A DNA stretch of 60,126 bases from an uncultured Candidatus Marinamargulisbacteria bacterium (GTDB lineage Bacteria; Margulisbacteria; Riflemargulisbacteria; GWF2-35-9; CAYUBI01). Positions 33,598 to 43,860 of this stretch are shown here, piece by piece. The stretch covers positions 1-60,126 of the forward strand of contig CAYUBI010000002.1 of assembly GCA_964443005.1 (NCBI GenBank). Direction: 5' to 3'. Each line of letters starts with the position of its first letter. The stretch's first letter is position 1. The notes below the pieces were generated by a model. It saw nothing but the letters and a program-made list of their open reading frames with translations. It did not search any database and was not told the origin of the DNA. The position numbers and the translations under genes were made by a program.

Positions 33598-35670
33598 TTA
33601 TATCCTATCATAGATCATTTTATACACCCAGTAATTTTCGAGTACTTTTTTAACATAAAGACGAGTTTCAAGAAATGGAATGTCTTCAACAAATACATCG
33701 ATATCCGTAATTTTTTGATCTTTTAGCCACTTGGTTACATTAGTGGGGCCACCATTGTAGCTTGCTAGAGATAAAATTTTATTGTCATGCCATTGTGTCA
33801 GCATGTTTTTGAGAAAATGTGTGCCCAGTCGAATATTTAAAAATGGTGAATACAATTCTTCTGTAGTCGAATATTTAATTTCACATTTATCAGCTATTAG
33901 TTTTGCTGTTTGTGGAAGCAATTGCATCAGGCCAATAGCCCCTGATTTTGAGGTTGCTGATATTTTGAATTGCGATTCTTCGTGAATAATAGCAGAAATT
34001 AAAAAGGGATCAACTGTGTATTTTTTTGCCATAGTGCGAATTGTGTCTATAAAAAATATTGGATAAAGGAAATATAGATCATGTGGGTTTCGATTAATAG
34101 GATTTTCATCAGAATTATCTATTGAATTGGGGTCCATTATGACGATTCGAGAAGATGAGGAAACCGGAAAGTGTTGGTTATAAGTCGAAAGATAATCGAG
34201 AAGGTGTTGTCGCGAGGGATGATTGGGAGGTAAATATAGTAGTGCAGCTTTTATTTGTTGAAAAGCTTCATTAACTAGGCCTAGAGCTATGAGTTGGTCG
34301 TATTTTTTAAAAGCGAAGGGAGTTAATTGTTTTTTGTGTTTGGGCTGCGGCATGAGTGTGTAGCCAAATCGTTCATAAATACGGTAGCTATAATAACTAA
34401 ATGGATACATTTTCTGAACTTGAAGAAATAATTTTTTGGCTTCATTATCGTGATGCATAGCTAAGGCAACATGGCCTAGCCAGTATAGTGACGGAAGATA
34501 GTAATCGCCTTTATTTCGTTGAACTGCATCTTTAAAATATTTATAACTTGCGGAATAATTTTTCTTTTTGTAATAGATGAATCCAATTTTCCATAATGCA
34601 TCATCTGTTAAGCTGCTATCTGCATATTTATTGGTCAGGAACTGGTAGGTAGTAATTGCTTCTGAATCTTCATGGCGTAGATAATAATGAGTTGCCCAAT
34701 CAAACAAAACTTCAGGAGTTTGTTCGCAATTGGGGAATTCGTGACGTAGCATGCCAAGGTACTGAATTTCAGAGGATTCGTCATTTTGAAAACGGGCAAT
34801 ACGACTGAGTTCAAAAAGCGCTAAAACAGCATGACGTTCGTCAAGATGGTGATGATATAGTTCGCGAAGATCCTGTCGTGCAGTATCCCATTGATTTAGC
34901 TGAATCGAATTTAAAGCACAATAATACAGGATTGTTTGTCTGTGTTCAGGTGAAAGGTTTCGTGATCGGAGATTGTTGAGTAGCATGAGTGCCTCGTGAT
35001 ATTTTCGATTTTTGTAAAGTCGAGAAGTAAAATCTGTGATGGTATTCATTAAGGTTTCGTCTGAAGGAAAGGATTCAATGAGCTGAATTAGAATTTGGGA
35101 GATAGGTCCTGCAATATCTGTTGCATTGTAGCGATGAAGATAGTCGATAAGTTGAGTTTTTACCCAAGCATCTTTATTAAGCGCAAGGTGAATGGTTAAT
35201 CGGTGAAATTCTGAACGACCATTCAGATCTCCAAGGTAATGGTTGTTTAATTGAGAAGAAAAACAGTGATCTGCTTCGTTTAGTCTGCCCATGTCTTCAA
35301 GTAATTGGCCTATATAAAAAAGTTGATAATCGATTAGCGGATCTCCTGTTTTTAAGGCATAACGACATTCGCGTAAGGCTTTTTTAGTATATCCTAACTC
35401 TCCGAAAAGATAGCCTTTAAGAAATTTATAGGTTCGTTTTTCGCTGCCATGTAGGTGAGGGAGTAGCCGATGAACGACGACTAGGGCATCACCATACAGT
35501 TGTTTTTCAACTAAAATCCGAATATGTTGTTTCTCTTGATCAATGAATGGTTTTCGCCACGAATAACCAAAAACCTTAAAGTAGCTGACGATTAATGTAA
35601 GGACTAGGGTAATCATCACCCAAACATATTTTTGACGAAGCGGCGCGAGTTTAGGCCAGATCTTGCGCAT
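33598..35670 (-). CDS. Soluble lytic murein transglycosylase (Slt70-like: TPR/superhelical N-domain plus SLT catalytic domain)
   Basis: The C-terminal region is ISAIIHEESQFKISATSKSGAIGLMQLLPQTA...SYNGGPTNV. The start is set at MRKIWPKL (35670), which has AGGAG 8 nt upstream. A transmembrane/signal segment follows. Confidence 0.85.
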   Translation of the reverse strand: MRKIWPKLAPLRQKYVWVMITLVLTLIVSYFKVFGYSWRKPFIDQEKQHIRILVEKQLYGDALVVVHRLLPHLHGSEKRTYKFLKGYLFGELGYTKKALRECRYALKTGDPLIDYQLFYIGQLLEDMGRLNEADHCFSSQLNNHYLGDLNGRSEFHRLTIHLALNKDAWVKTQLIDYLHRYNATDIAGPISQILIQLIESFPSDETLMNTITDFTSRLYKNRKYHEALMLLNNLRSRNLSPEHRQTILYYCALNSIQLNQWDTARQDLRELYHHHLDERHAVLALFELSRIARFQNDESSEIQYLGMLRHEFPNCEQTPEVLFDWATHYYLRHEDSEAITTYQFLTNKYADSSLTDDALWKIGFIYYKKKNYSASYKYFKDAVQRNKGDYYLPSLYWLGHVALAMHHDNEAKKLFLQVQKMYPFSYYSYRIYERFGYTLMPQPKHKKQLTPFAFKKYDQLIALGLVNEAFQQIKAALLYLPPNHPSRQHLLDYLSTYNQHFPVSSSSRIVIMDPNSIDNSDENPINRNPHDLYFLYPIFFIDTIRTMAKKYTVDPFLISAIIHEESQFKISATSKSGAIGLMQLLPQTAKLIADKCEIKYSTTEELYSPFLNIRLGTHFLKNMLTQWHDNKILSLASYNGGPTNVTKWLKDQKITDIDVFVEDIPFLETRLYVKKVLENYWVYKMIYDRI

Positions 35671-36475
35671 GGTAGGAGCTCCTGACAAGTGGGCCTGCAA
35701 AAACTTTCATTTCGATCGTATTACCAAAATCAGCAAATGCGGAAAATTCGGTTGGCGTAACATAACGTTTCACAGGATAATGATGGTTACTCGGTGCTAG
35801 GTATTGCCCAATCGTAAATATATCCAGTGGAATTGTTGCGACTAAACGAATCATTTCAATGACGTTTTCATTGGTTTCTCCAATTCCAACCATGATTCCA
35901 CTTTTTAGTTTTATGTGTGGAAAGTGTTTTTTAGTATAGTTAAGTAGCGATAACGAGCATTCAAAATTTCCTTGAGGGCGAATGTGTTGGAAAAGTTGTG
36001 GAACTGCTTCTAGGTTATGATTAAAAATAAATGGATTTGCGTTAAGTACTGTTGTTAAGGCTGATATGTTTCCTTGAAAATCTGGGGTGAGTACTTCAAC
36101 GCGAATATTTGGAAATTCGTTGTGAATCATGTTGATGATATCCGCAAATTGTTGTGCACCTCCGTCAGAAAGGTCGTCTCGAGTGACAGAGGTAATAACA
36201 ACATAGGATAAATTGAATTTGCGGATTGTTTCAATAATTCGTTCTTTTTCAGAAGGATCAATTGGATTTGGAATCCCATGGTCAATTGCGCAGAATTTGC
36301 AGCTTCGAGTACAGCGATTTCCAAGTATGAGAAATGTCATTTGTTTGTTTGAAAAGCATTCGCCTCGATTTGGGCATAGTGCTGCTTGGCAAACTGTATG
36401 AAGCCCGTTGGGCAATTGTGAAGCTAAAAAGCGATTCTTGCGAATCGGGTTAATTAAGTATTCTGGCAAAGTCAT
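35651..36475 (-). CDS. lipA: Lipoyl synthase
   Basis: CQAALCPNRGEC is the auxiliary cluster motif and CTRSCKFCAI is the radical SAM motif. An ATGA overlap with lpdA occurs at 36472-36475. Confidence 0.95.
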   Translation of the reverse strand: MTLPEYLINPIRKNRFLASQLPNGLHTVCQAALCPNRGECFSNKQMTFLILGNRCTRSCKFCAIDHGIPNPIDPSEKERIIETIRKFNLSYVVITSVTRDDLSDGGAQQFADIINMIHNEFPNIRVEVLTPDFQGNISALTTVLNANPFIFNHNLEAVPQLFQHIRPQGNFECSLSLLNYTKKHFPHIKLKSGIMVGIGETNENVIEMIRLVATIPLDIFTIGQYLAPSNHHYPVKRYVTPTEFSAFADFGNTIEMKVFAGPLVRSSYHAQDLA

Positions 36476-37848
36476 TGTGACGAAGGAGGTATGGTTTCTG
36501 AAAGGGTTATAAACGCTTTTTCAAGGATTTCTTGTAATGTAGGATGCGCAAAAACAATATTACAGAGTGCACCCAGTGAGATTTTCTCCTGAATTGCAAG
36601 TGTTAATAACGGTAAAAATGTTTCGGCTTCTATTCCTGTGACAAGGGCGCCAACAAGGTGATCGTTTTTAGAATCATAGAGTAATTTGCAAAACCCAGTT
36701 AGTTCGCGTGTGATTTGTGCCCGTCCCATTAGTTGAAATGGAATTGAAACAATGCGATAGCTATGATTTTTTTGAAGATGTTGTTCTTGAAGGCCGATTG
36801 AAGCTATCATGGGTTGACTGTATATAACGGATGGGATTAGTGCTGGCCTGGAATCTGCGACCAAGCTTTGTCCTTGTTGTATAGATAGAATGTGTTCGAT
36901 TGCGCATTTGCCTTGATATGAGGCAGCATGAGCTAGCATGTTAACGCCATTGACATCCCCAATTGCATAGATATAGGGATAATGGGTTTGATAGTATTGA
37001 TTAATAGAAAGATAACCTCGTTGGGTTGTTTTTAGGTCAAGTGAGGTTGCAGGGATTGTTGCACTTCGACCCATAGCTATGAGTACGTGGCTGGCTGTGA
37101 TGGTTGTATTATCATCTAAGGTAATGATGATTGAACCAGACTCTTGGCGAATGAGAGTTTTGACGCTGTGATGTGTAAAACAGTCGATTTTCCGATGGCG
37201 AAAATGATCCATGATAATGGTTGCTGCTTCGATATCTACAGAGGGAAGCAATCGTGATTCTTGTTCAATAATCGTCACTTTAGTCCCTAAAGCTGATAAC
37301 CATTCTGCAGTTTCAATGCCAATAACTCCTCCACCAATGATAACCAGATCTGTGGGAATGCGATCAATTGATAAAAGATCGCGACTCGTAATTGTTTTGT
37401 CTTTAAAAGCAACTGGAACTGTGTCGTGACTGCCAGTTGCTATGATGATGTAATCAACAGCATAAAGTTCGTTGTTAGCAGAAATATGGTGTTCATCTGC
37501 AATAACTGCTGTTGCCTTAACGTATGTTATTTTTGCTTGATCAATGAGGTGATGAATGCCGGATTCTAGGCGAGTTAATAGTCTTTTTTTACTGGCTAAG
37601 AGCTTTTGAAAATCAATGGAAACTTCTTTTACATTGAGCCCGTCTCGTTTTGTTAATGATAGTTGATGAAGATATCCGGTAAGGTGAAGGAGTTGTTTGG
37701 TTGGGATGCATCCGCAATGAAGGCAGGTTCCCCCTAATTTTTCAGACTCAAACAAAATAATGTTGAATCCTTTTTTCGCTGCATGTAACGCAGAAACGTA
37801 GCCTGCAGGACCGCCGCCGATAATTCCAATAGTGGTATTTTTTTGCAT
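36472..37848 (-). CDS. lpdA: Dihydrolipoyl dehydrogenase
   Basis: IIGGGPAGY is the FAD fold, GGTCLHCGCIPTK is the redox disulfide, IIGGGVIGIE is the NAD fold, and a C-terminal HPT interface motif is present. Confidence 0.9.
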   Translation of the reverse strand: MQKNTTIGIIGGGPAGYVSALHAAKKGFNIILFESEKLGGTCLHCGCIPTKQLLHLTGYLHQLSLTKRDGLNVKEVSIDFQKLLASKKRLLTRLESGIHHLIDQAKITYVKATAVIADEHHISANNELYAVDYIIIATGSHDTVPVAFKDKTITSRDLLSIDRIPTDLVIIGGGVIGIETAEWLSALGTKVTIIEQESRLLPSVDIEAATIIMDHFRHRKIDCFTHHSVKTLIRQESGSIIITLDDNTTITASHVLIAMGRSATIPATSLDLKTTQRGYLSINQYYQTHYPYIYAIGDVNGVNMLAHAASYQGKCAIEHILSIQQGQSLVADSRPALIPSVIYSQPMIASIGLQEQHLQKNHSYRIVSIPFQLMGRAQITRELTGFCKLLYDSKNDHLVGALVTGIEAETFLPLLTLAIQEKISLGALCNIVFAHPTLQEILEKAFITLSETIPPSSQ

Positions 37849-37876
37849 GCAGTAATTTTACCGCAAAGCTAGGAAA

Positions 37877-38869
37877 TTAGCTAATTCGTGCAACAGAATT
37901 GCCAATGAGTAGGTTGGCAGATATTTTGATTGTTAAATGTGTTTTACTGAGAAGTTCGAGAAAGTTGTTTTTCATAAATTCAACGCTTTGTTCGCCTAGC
38001 GCAATGCGGTCAACATAGGCTGTTGTTAGTGTAGGCATTGGGGGTTCAAAAAATCGTGGAAGATGAATTCCATCAAAACCTGTAATTGAAATGTCGTCAG
38101 GGATGCGTTTGTTGTATTTTCTAGCCATCATGTATAAATAGTAAGCAGTAAGATCATTAACGCACATGATTGCTGTTACTTTAGGGTTTTGAGAGATAAT
38201 TTTATTCCAGGCGATTTCGATTGTTTGAAGATTATCGTAATCTGCTTGAAATACAAGTTGTGGATCAAAGGTTGGAATCGTTTGGGCAATGGCTTGTAAG
38301 AATTCTTGCTGAATTACTTCGTTGGGAGTATCTCCGAGCAGTACAGCAATTCGGCGATGGCCGCAATTTAGCACAAATTCAGCCATCATTTTAGTAGCTG
38401 CAATACGTTCGATATAGATCGATGGGATTTCTGTTTGTGTTGCGCTAGGGTGGCCGCAGTTTAGAATCGGAATGCTATATTTTAGTGCGCGATCGTAATA
38501 TTTGTCAGGTGTTTTTCCAATGGTTAGGATTCCTTGGATGTCGTATATTTCAGAATAGTCCATATCGAAATTGTCAAGTATGCGAAGCTGAAGATTGTGT
38601 TTGGCAGCTTTGCGAATTGCACCGTAAATGACATCATTATAAAATTCATTTTGATACATTGTCGGGTAATTTGGAATGAGCAGTCCAAGGTGTTGAAATT
38701 TATTGAGTATTTTGTTATAGCCTTGAGTTTTAATTTGGTAGTAAATTTGTTCCCGAACTTGTTTTGAAATTTTGTAGGGTTTGTTAATTGCTAATGACAC
38801 TGTGCTTTCGGAGACGTTACAGCTAGATGCAATATTTTTTAGCGTAATTGAAACAGATGGGTGTGACAT
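37877..38869 (-). CDS. LacI-family transcriptional regulator
   Basis: The helix-turn-helix is ITLKNIASSCNVSESTVSLAINKPYKISKQVREQI, followed by a periplasmic-binding-protein-like sugar-binding fold. The start is set at the ATG at 38869 (AGGAG upstream) rather than the TTG at 38914. Confidence 0.8.
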   Translation of the reverse strand: MSHPSVSITLKNIASSCNVSESTVSLAINKPYKISKQVREQIYYQIKTQGYNKILNKFQHLGLLIPNYPTMYQNEFYNDVIYGAIRKAAKHNLQLRILDNFDMDYSEIYDIQGILTIGKTPDKYYDRALKYSIPILNCGHPSATQTEIPSIYIERIAATKMMAEFVLNCGHRRIAVLLGDTPNEVIQQEFLQAIAQTIPTFDPQLVFQADYDNLQTIEIAWNKIISQNPKVTAIMCVNDLTAYYLYMMARKYNKRIPDDISITGFDGIHLPRFFEPPMPTLTTAYVDRIALGEQSVEFMKNNFLELLSKTHLTIKISANLLIGNSVARIS

Positions 38870-38983
38870 AAAAAGGCTGCTCCTAGAATTCGCGTTTTTA
38901 GTTGTTAACAACAAAGATATCGTTAAAAAACTAAAACTATTTCAGGGTATTTTCTTTTTTTGCCAAACAAATGTATTTATTTT

Positions 38984-40462
38984 TTATGGTTTATTTTTCA
39001 TGTGTGGAAAAAGTAGTACGTCTCGGATGGAAGCGGTATTGGTTGCAAGCATAACAATGCGATCAATACCAATGCCAAGTCCGCCTGTTGGTGGCATGCC
39101 GTATTCCAGCGATGTTACGAAATCATCGTCCATCATTTGCGCTTCCTCATCACCAGCTTCGCGTTGTTTCATTTGGTCTTCAAAACGGCTGCGCTGATCA
39201 ATGGGGTCATTTAGTTCTGAAAAGGCATTGGCTATTTCCATGCCGCAAACGATGGCTTCGAAACGTTCAACAAGTTCAGGGTCATCACGATGTACTTTAG
39301 CAAGTGGAGATGTTTCCAACGGATAATCAGTAATAAATGTTGGCTGAATGAGTTGATGTTCAACATATTTATCATAGATTGTATTAATTAGCGCGCCTTT
39401 GGATGTGATGTCTGTAACTGGCAGGTTTTTGTTTAGGGCTTGTTGCTTAATGTTGTTAAAGGGCTGCCGAATATTGATTCCTGCAAATTGTTGAATGGCT
39501 TTTTCCATAGTTATCCGCGTCCAGGGCGGCGTAAAGTCTAGCGTTTTATCTTGATATGTAACAATCATGCTGCCATAAACGGATTTCATAATTGAGCTAA
39601 TGAGTATTTCTGTTAGCGCCATCATGTCTGTATAATCTGTGTAAGCTTGGTATAGTTCTAAAAGCGTATATTCAGGATTATGTTTAAAGGAGATGCCTTC
39701 ATTGCGAAACACGCGACCGATCTCATACACTTTTTCAAAACCACCCACAATAAGGCGTTTTAGGTGGAGCTCCAGTGCAATACGCAGGTAAAGTTGCATG
39801 TCTAGTGTGTTGTGATAGGTTAGAAATGGTCGTGCAGACGCTCCTCCAGAAAGGGTTTGTAATACTGGGGTTTCGACTTCCATAAATTGATGCTCATGTA
39901 AAAACTGGCGGATTTCATGAATAATTTGGCTGCGTTTAATAAAAACGTCTCGAATTTCAGGATTAGCAATAAGGTCTACGTATCGTTGGCGATAGCGTAG
40001 TTCTTTGTCATGAAGTCCATGAAATTTTTCAGGAAGTGGATTCAGCGATTTAGTTAGGAGTTGGAATGCTTCAACGCGAATCGAAAGCTCCCCTTTGTGT
40101 GTTCGAAAAACTTTTCCTTCAATGCCGAGAATGTCCCCAATATCGAGCGTAGTAAAGATGTCATATTCAGATCCAAGAATGTCTTGTTTGAAATAAAGTT
40201 GAATAACGGCATTTTGGTCACGAATGTTGGCAAAGGCTGCTTTGCCGTGGCCACGTTTTGCAATGAGTCTGCCAGCAATTTTAACTGGTTGTTCTGAAAC
40301 GGCGTCGCCTTCAATATTTTTGTATAGTGTTAATATTTCTTGGATAGGATGTGTTCGATCATAGCGGTATTTAAAGGGATGTTTTTCCTGAAGGTGCAGC
40401 TCTCTTAGTTTGGATCTGCGCATAGCAAATTCATCAATATGTTCTTCGGGTAGTGTTTGCAT
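38984..40462 (-). CDS. lysS: Lysine--tRNA ligase, class II
   Basis: An OB anticodon-binding domain is followed by VFRNEGISFKHNPEYT (motif 2) and GGLGIGIDRIVM (motif 3). The start is set at MQTLPEE, which has AGGAGA 6 nt upstream. Confidence 0.95.
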   Translation of the reverse strand: MQTLPEEHIDEFAMRRSKLRELHLQEKHPFKYRYDRTHPIQEILTLYKNIEGDAVSEQPVKIAGRLIAKRGHGKAAFANIRDQNAVIQLYFKQDILGSEYDIFTTLDIGDILGIEGKVFRTHKGELSIRVEAFQLLTKSLNPLPEKFHGLHDKELRYRQRYVDLIANPEIRDVFIKRSQIIHEIRQFLHEHQFMEVETPVLQTLSGGASARPFLTYHNTLDMQLYLRIALELHLKRLIVGGFEKVYEIGRVFRNEGISFKHNPEYTLLELYQAYTDYTDMMALTEILISSIMKSVYGSMIVTYQDKTLDFTPPWTRITMEKAIQQFAGINIRQPFNNIKQQALNKNLPVTDITSKGALINTIYDKYVEHQLIQPTFITDYPLETSPLAKVHRDDPELVERFEAIVCGMEIANAFSELNDPIDQRSRFEDQMKQREAGDEEAQMMDDDFVTSLEYGMPPTGGLGIGIDRIVMLATNTASIRDVLLFPHMKNKP

Positions 40463-40567
40463 ACGATTTCTCCTGTTGATTATATACATTGAGGATATTT
40501 TTTCATAATTATATCATGAGAATGGCGGACATAATAATATGTTTTGTTGATTCGTCAAAAACTTGGT

Positions 40568-41494
40568 TTATTCGTGATAAGCTTTTTCAAAGTCTGCAAT
40601 TGTTGAAATTGTAGTTGCTAGTTGTCGATAGTGCCCTGCGTTTAAAAGGCCTTTAGTGTATTTTGTTATATATTTTCGAATATGAAAAAGTGCTTTTTTT
40701 TCACCATAAAGTTCTGCGAGCAGTCGACAATGATGCCGAAGTGCTTCAAGTCTAATTTTCGAGGTCACAAGGTGAGGGGAGTTTAAATACTCATTGATAA
40801 TCCAGGGGTTGCCAATGAGTCCTCTTCCAATCATGACAAAATCGACCTGTGTAGTTGTAATCATGTTGTCAATGTCTGCGGCTTCTGTAATGTCGCCACT
40901 TCCACAAATCGGAATGGGAGATACACTTTTAAGTTGTTTCAGGTGTGTCCAATCTGCACGACCTGAAAATCCTTGTTTTTGTGTTCGTGGGTGCAGGGTG
41001 ATGAGGTCAACGCCTTCATTCCACGCCATTGTTGCAACTTCTATAAAGTTAGGCTTGTCCCAGCCTGAGCGAATTTTGATTGATAGTGGAATAGTAATTG
41101 CTTGTCGTACAGCCTGAATAATATTTTTGAGAAGTTCGATATTTTTTAACAGAGCTGCCCCTGAGCCTTGTTTGATAACTTTTGGGACTGGACATCCACA
41201 GTTAATGTCAATCATTGCAGCACCGTTATTTTGGAGAAGGGCTGCTGAGCATGCGAGCTCTGTTGGGTTAGAGCCAAAAATTTGGATGGCAATGGGTGTG
41301 TCATCACGGATAAGTGTCATGTAGGTTGTTTTTTTTTCGTGGCGTGAAAGCCCTGCAGCGCTGATCATTTCGCTAAAAACAAGCCCTACTCCTGCATTAA
41401 GTGCAATTTTGCGAAAGGCATAATCACTTAGCCCGGCTAGGGGCGCTGCAATGAGTCGATTGGATAGCTTTAATGATTTGATATGTGTGGACAT
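40568..41494 (-). CDS. dusB: tRNA-dihydrouridine synthase (DusB-like)
   Basis: LIAAPLAGLSDYAFR, IDINCGCP (catalytic Cys), ITLHPRT and VMIGRGLIGNPW. Confidence 0.9.
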   Translation of the reverse strand: MSTHIKSLKLSNRLIAAPLAGLSDYAFRKIALNAGVGLVFSEMISAAGLSRHEKKTTYMTLIRDDTPIAIQIFGSNPTELACSAALLQNNGAAMIDINCGCPVPKVIKQGSGAALLKNIELLKNIIQAVRQAITIPLSIKIRSGWDKPNFIEVATMAWNEGVDLITLHPRTQKQGFSGRADWTHLKQLKSVSPIPICGSGDITEAADIDNMITTTQVDFVMIGRGLIGNPWIINEYLNSPHLVTSKIRLEALRHHCRLLAELYGEKKALFHIRKYITKYTKGLLNAGHYRQLATTISTIADFEKAYHE

Positions 41495-42348
41495 TGAAAT
41501 ATAGACAATAGCTGATTGAGTTCATTGATTGTTTGGTAAGTGAGAGTTATTTCGCCGCGTTGATGATTGCCTTTGATTTTGACAGGGACTTTTGTGATGT
41601 TAGAAATGGTTTGTTGAAGTGTACTTAGATTGTTGGTATCTTTTTGTGCAGAAGGCACAGGCAGACTTGGTTCTGGATTGTCAAAGGAGCGTGCGATTTG
41701 TTCAACAGAGCGTACTGAAAGCTTTTCAGCTAAAATGCGGTGGTAAATTGTGATTTTTTTTGTGTTGTCTTTAATTTGTAACAGTGCGCGTGCGTGACCT
41801 TCTGTAATTTTTTCTGTTTGAATGCCTTCAAGTATTTCTTGTGGCAGGTCTAGCATTCGAATTAGGTTGGTGACGTAGGTTCTGCTTTTGCTAACTTTTT
41901 GGGATATTTTTTCTTGAGTATACCCAAATTCAATGGCTAGTTTTTGGTAGGCTACAGCTTCATCATACGGGTTTAAGTTGTCTCGTTGAACATTTTCGAC
42001 AATGGCTAGTTCAAGCATTGAGTCTGGTGTTTCGTTGCGAACAATTGCTGGTACAGCTTCCATGTTAAGGAGTTTACATGCGCGAAGACGGCGCTCGCCT
42101 GCAATTAATTGGTATCGGAGGCCTTGTTTAATAACAATAATGGGTTGTATGAGTCCATTTTCTAGGATTGACTGTGCTAATTCTTTAATGGAATCGTCGA
42201 TAAATACTTGACGGGGTTGGTACGGGTTAGCGTCAATGAGTGCTACCTCGAGTTCTCTATATTTTTTTCCAGGCTTCATGTCTTGCCATTCTTCAGTAGC
42301 TTGGGGAAGTAGTGCGCCTAGGCCGCGGCCGAGTTTAGTTTTTGTCAT
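41470..42348 (-). CDS. parB: Chromosome partitioning protein ParB (Spo0J)
   Basis: NPYQPRQ, SILENGLIQPIIV, LIAGERRLRA (CTP/arginine patch) and AIVENVQRDNLNPYDEA, followed by a helix-turn-helix. Confidence 0.9.
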   Translation of the reverse strand: MTKTKLGRGLGALLPQATEEWQDMKPGKKYRELEVALIDANPYQPRQVFIDDSIKELAQSILENGLIQPIIVIKQGLRYQLIAGERRLRACKLLNMEAVPAIVRNETPDSMLELAIVENVQRDNLNPYDEAVAYQKLAIEFGYTQEKISQKVSKSRTYVTNLIRMLDLPQEILEGIQTEKITEGHARALLQIKDNTKKITIYHRILAEKLSVRSVEQIARSFDNPEPSLPVPSAQKDTNNLSTLQQTISNITKVPVKIKGNHQRGEITLTYQTINELNQLLSIFQCPHISNH

Positions 42349-43099
42349 ACATGATCTCCTTTGCTAATGAACGATATGATTTTGCACCTTTGGATCCTGG
42401 GTCATATACGCAAACCGGTTCTCCAAAGCTGGGTGCTTCAGCTAGTTTAACATTGCGAGGAATAATTGTGGAATATAATTGGTCTTTGAAATGGTTTTGC
42501 GCGTCTTTGAGAACTTGCCAGCTGAGTGCTGTTCGTTTGTCAAACATTGTCATGAGAATGCCGCCAACTTCAAGCTGGGGGTTTAGCTGTGCTTGAACGA
42601 GCTTAATGGTGTCCAGGAGTTTTGACAAGCCTTCTAAAGCATAATATTCGCATTGAACTGGAATCAGCACTTCGTCTGCTGCGACTAGGGCATTTAGTGT
42701 AAGCAGTCCCAAGGAGGGCGGGCAATCAATCATGATGAAATCGTAGTTGTCTTTTAGTGGAGCAATAGCTTTTTTGAGTTGTTTTTCTCTTTCAGAAATA
42801 GATACAAGCTCAATTTCTGCGCCTGAGAGATCTCGGGTGGATGGAATAAGATGAAGATTTGGAACTGCAGTTGGATAAATGGATCGAAATATATCTAAGT
42901 GGTCAATGAGCACATCATAAACTGTTGTTTCAATTTGATCTTCGTACACGCCTAAGCCGCTGGATGTGTTTCCTTGGGGGTCAAAGTCAATAATAAGGAT
43001 TCGTTTTCCTTTTTGACTAAATTCGGCACTTAGGTTAATGGCTGTTGTTGTTTTGCCTACCCCACCCTTTTGATTTGCGATTGCGATTACTTTCCCCAT
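42335..43099 (-). CDS. parA: Chromosome partitioning ATPase ParA/Soj
   Basis: The deviant Walker A is IANQKGGVGKTTTAINL, with IDFDPQGN and MIDCPPSLG. A GGAGGA Shine-Dalgarno sequence is present. Confidence 0.9.
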   Translation of the reverse strand: MGKVIAIANQKGGVGKTTTAINLSAEFSQKGKRILIIDFDPQGNTSSGLGVYEDQIETTVYDVLIDHLDIFRSIYPTAVPNLHLIPSTRDLSGAEIELVSISEREKQLKKAIAPLKDNYDFIMIDCPPSLGLLTLNALVAADEVLIPVQCEYYALEGLSKLLDTIKLVQAQLNPQLEVGGILMTMFDKRTALSWQVLKDAQNHFKDQLYSTIIPRNVKLAEAPSFGEPVCVYDPGSKGAKSYRSLAKEIMYDKN

Positions 43100-43109
43100 G
43101 CGTTTCCTC

Positions 43110-43775
43110 CTAGTTTATCGGCTTGTTTTGTGCAAGGCCTTCCCGTCGCGGAAATCGTAACGGTGTTGATTGTGTTTTTGTGAAAAACAGCAAGTCTCGT
43201 TGATGATTATTAATAGAATATGTTTTATGGTCATAGAGAACAGCAAAGAGTTCGTTGATTGCAGCTTGCGCCAGCTCGAGTTCGTTGGCTAGTTGTTCGC
43301 TTTTCATTGCAATAAAAATTCCGTTGATCTTAAGAAATGGAATTGCTAGTTCGATTAAGCTGTCCAGGCGTGCAACGTGACGTGCTAGTACAAGGTCAAA
43401 TTGTTCGCGAAAAGTTTCGGCTGCTGTTTCAGCCCGTTTTGCAACAACTGTGATATTGGGGAGTTCGAGCTCCCTTTTTGCTAGACTAAGGAAGTTTGCC
43501 TTTTTTTGGGTTGACTCAATGAGCGTGACTGCAAGGTCTGGACGTAGAATTGCGCAGATTATTCCAGGGATGCCTGCGCCAGATCCAATATCTGCAACGG
43601 ATTGTTTTTCTTTAATGTATGGGCATAAAATTCGAGAGTCATCTACTAGGTTAACGCGAATTTCTTCTGGAGAAACGAATCCGGTTAGGTTCATGACTTT
43701 GTTGGTTTCATAAATCATTGAGATGTAGCGGGTGATTTTTTCTTCCATTGCCAAGGCTGTCATCGTTTCCCTCAT
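43110..43775 (-). CDS. rsmG: 16S rRNA (guanine527-N7)-methyltransferase RsmG (GidB)
   Basis: VADIGSGAGIPGI is the SAM motif. The gene occupies the conserved position between mnmG and parA. The exact start (M1, M5 or M10) is uncertain. Confidence 0.85.
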   Translation of the reverse strand: MRETMTALAMEEKITRYISMIYETNKVMNLTGFVSPEEIRVNLVDDSRILCPYIKEKQSVADIGSGAGIPGIICAILRPDLAVTLIESTQKKANFLSLAKRELELPNITVVAKRAETAAETFREQFDLVLARHVARLDSLIELAIPFLKINGIFIAMKSEQLANELELAQAAINELFAVLYDHKTYSINNHQRDLLFFTKTQSTPLRFPRREGLAQNKPIN

Positions 43776-43860
43776 TTTTGTTGTTTCACGTGTAACGTTT
43801 GGTTAGTTTAGCTGGGGGTGGGCGTTTCTGCAAGAGGTGAATGCATCGAAAAAGAATAGA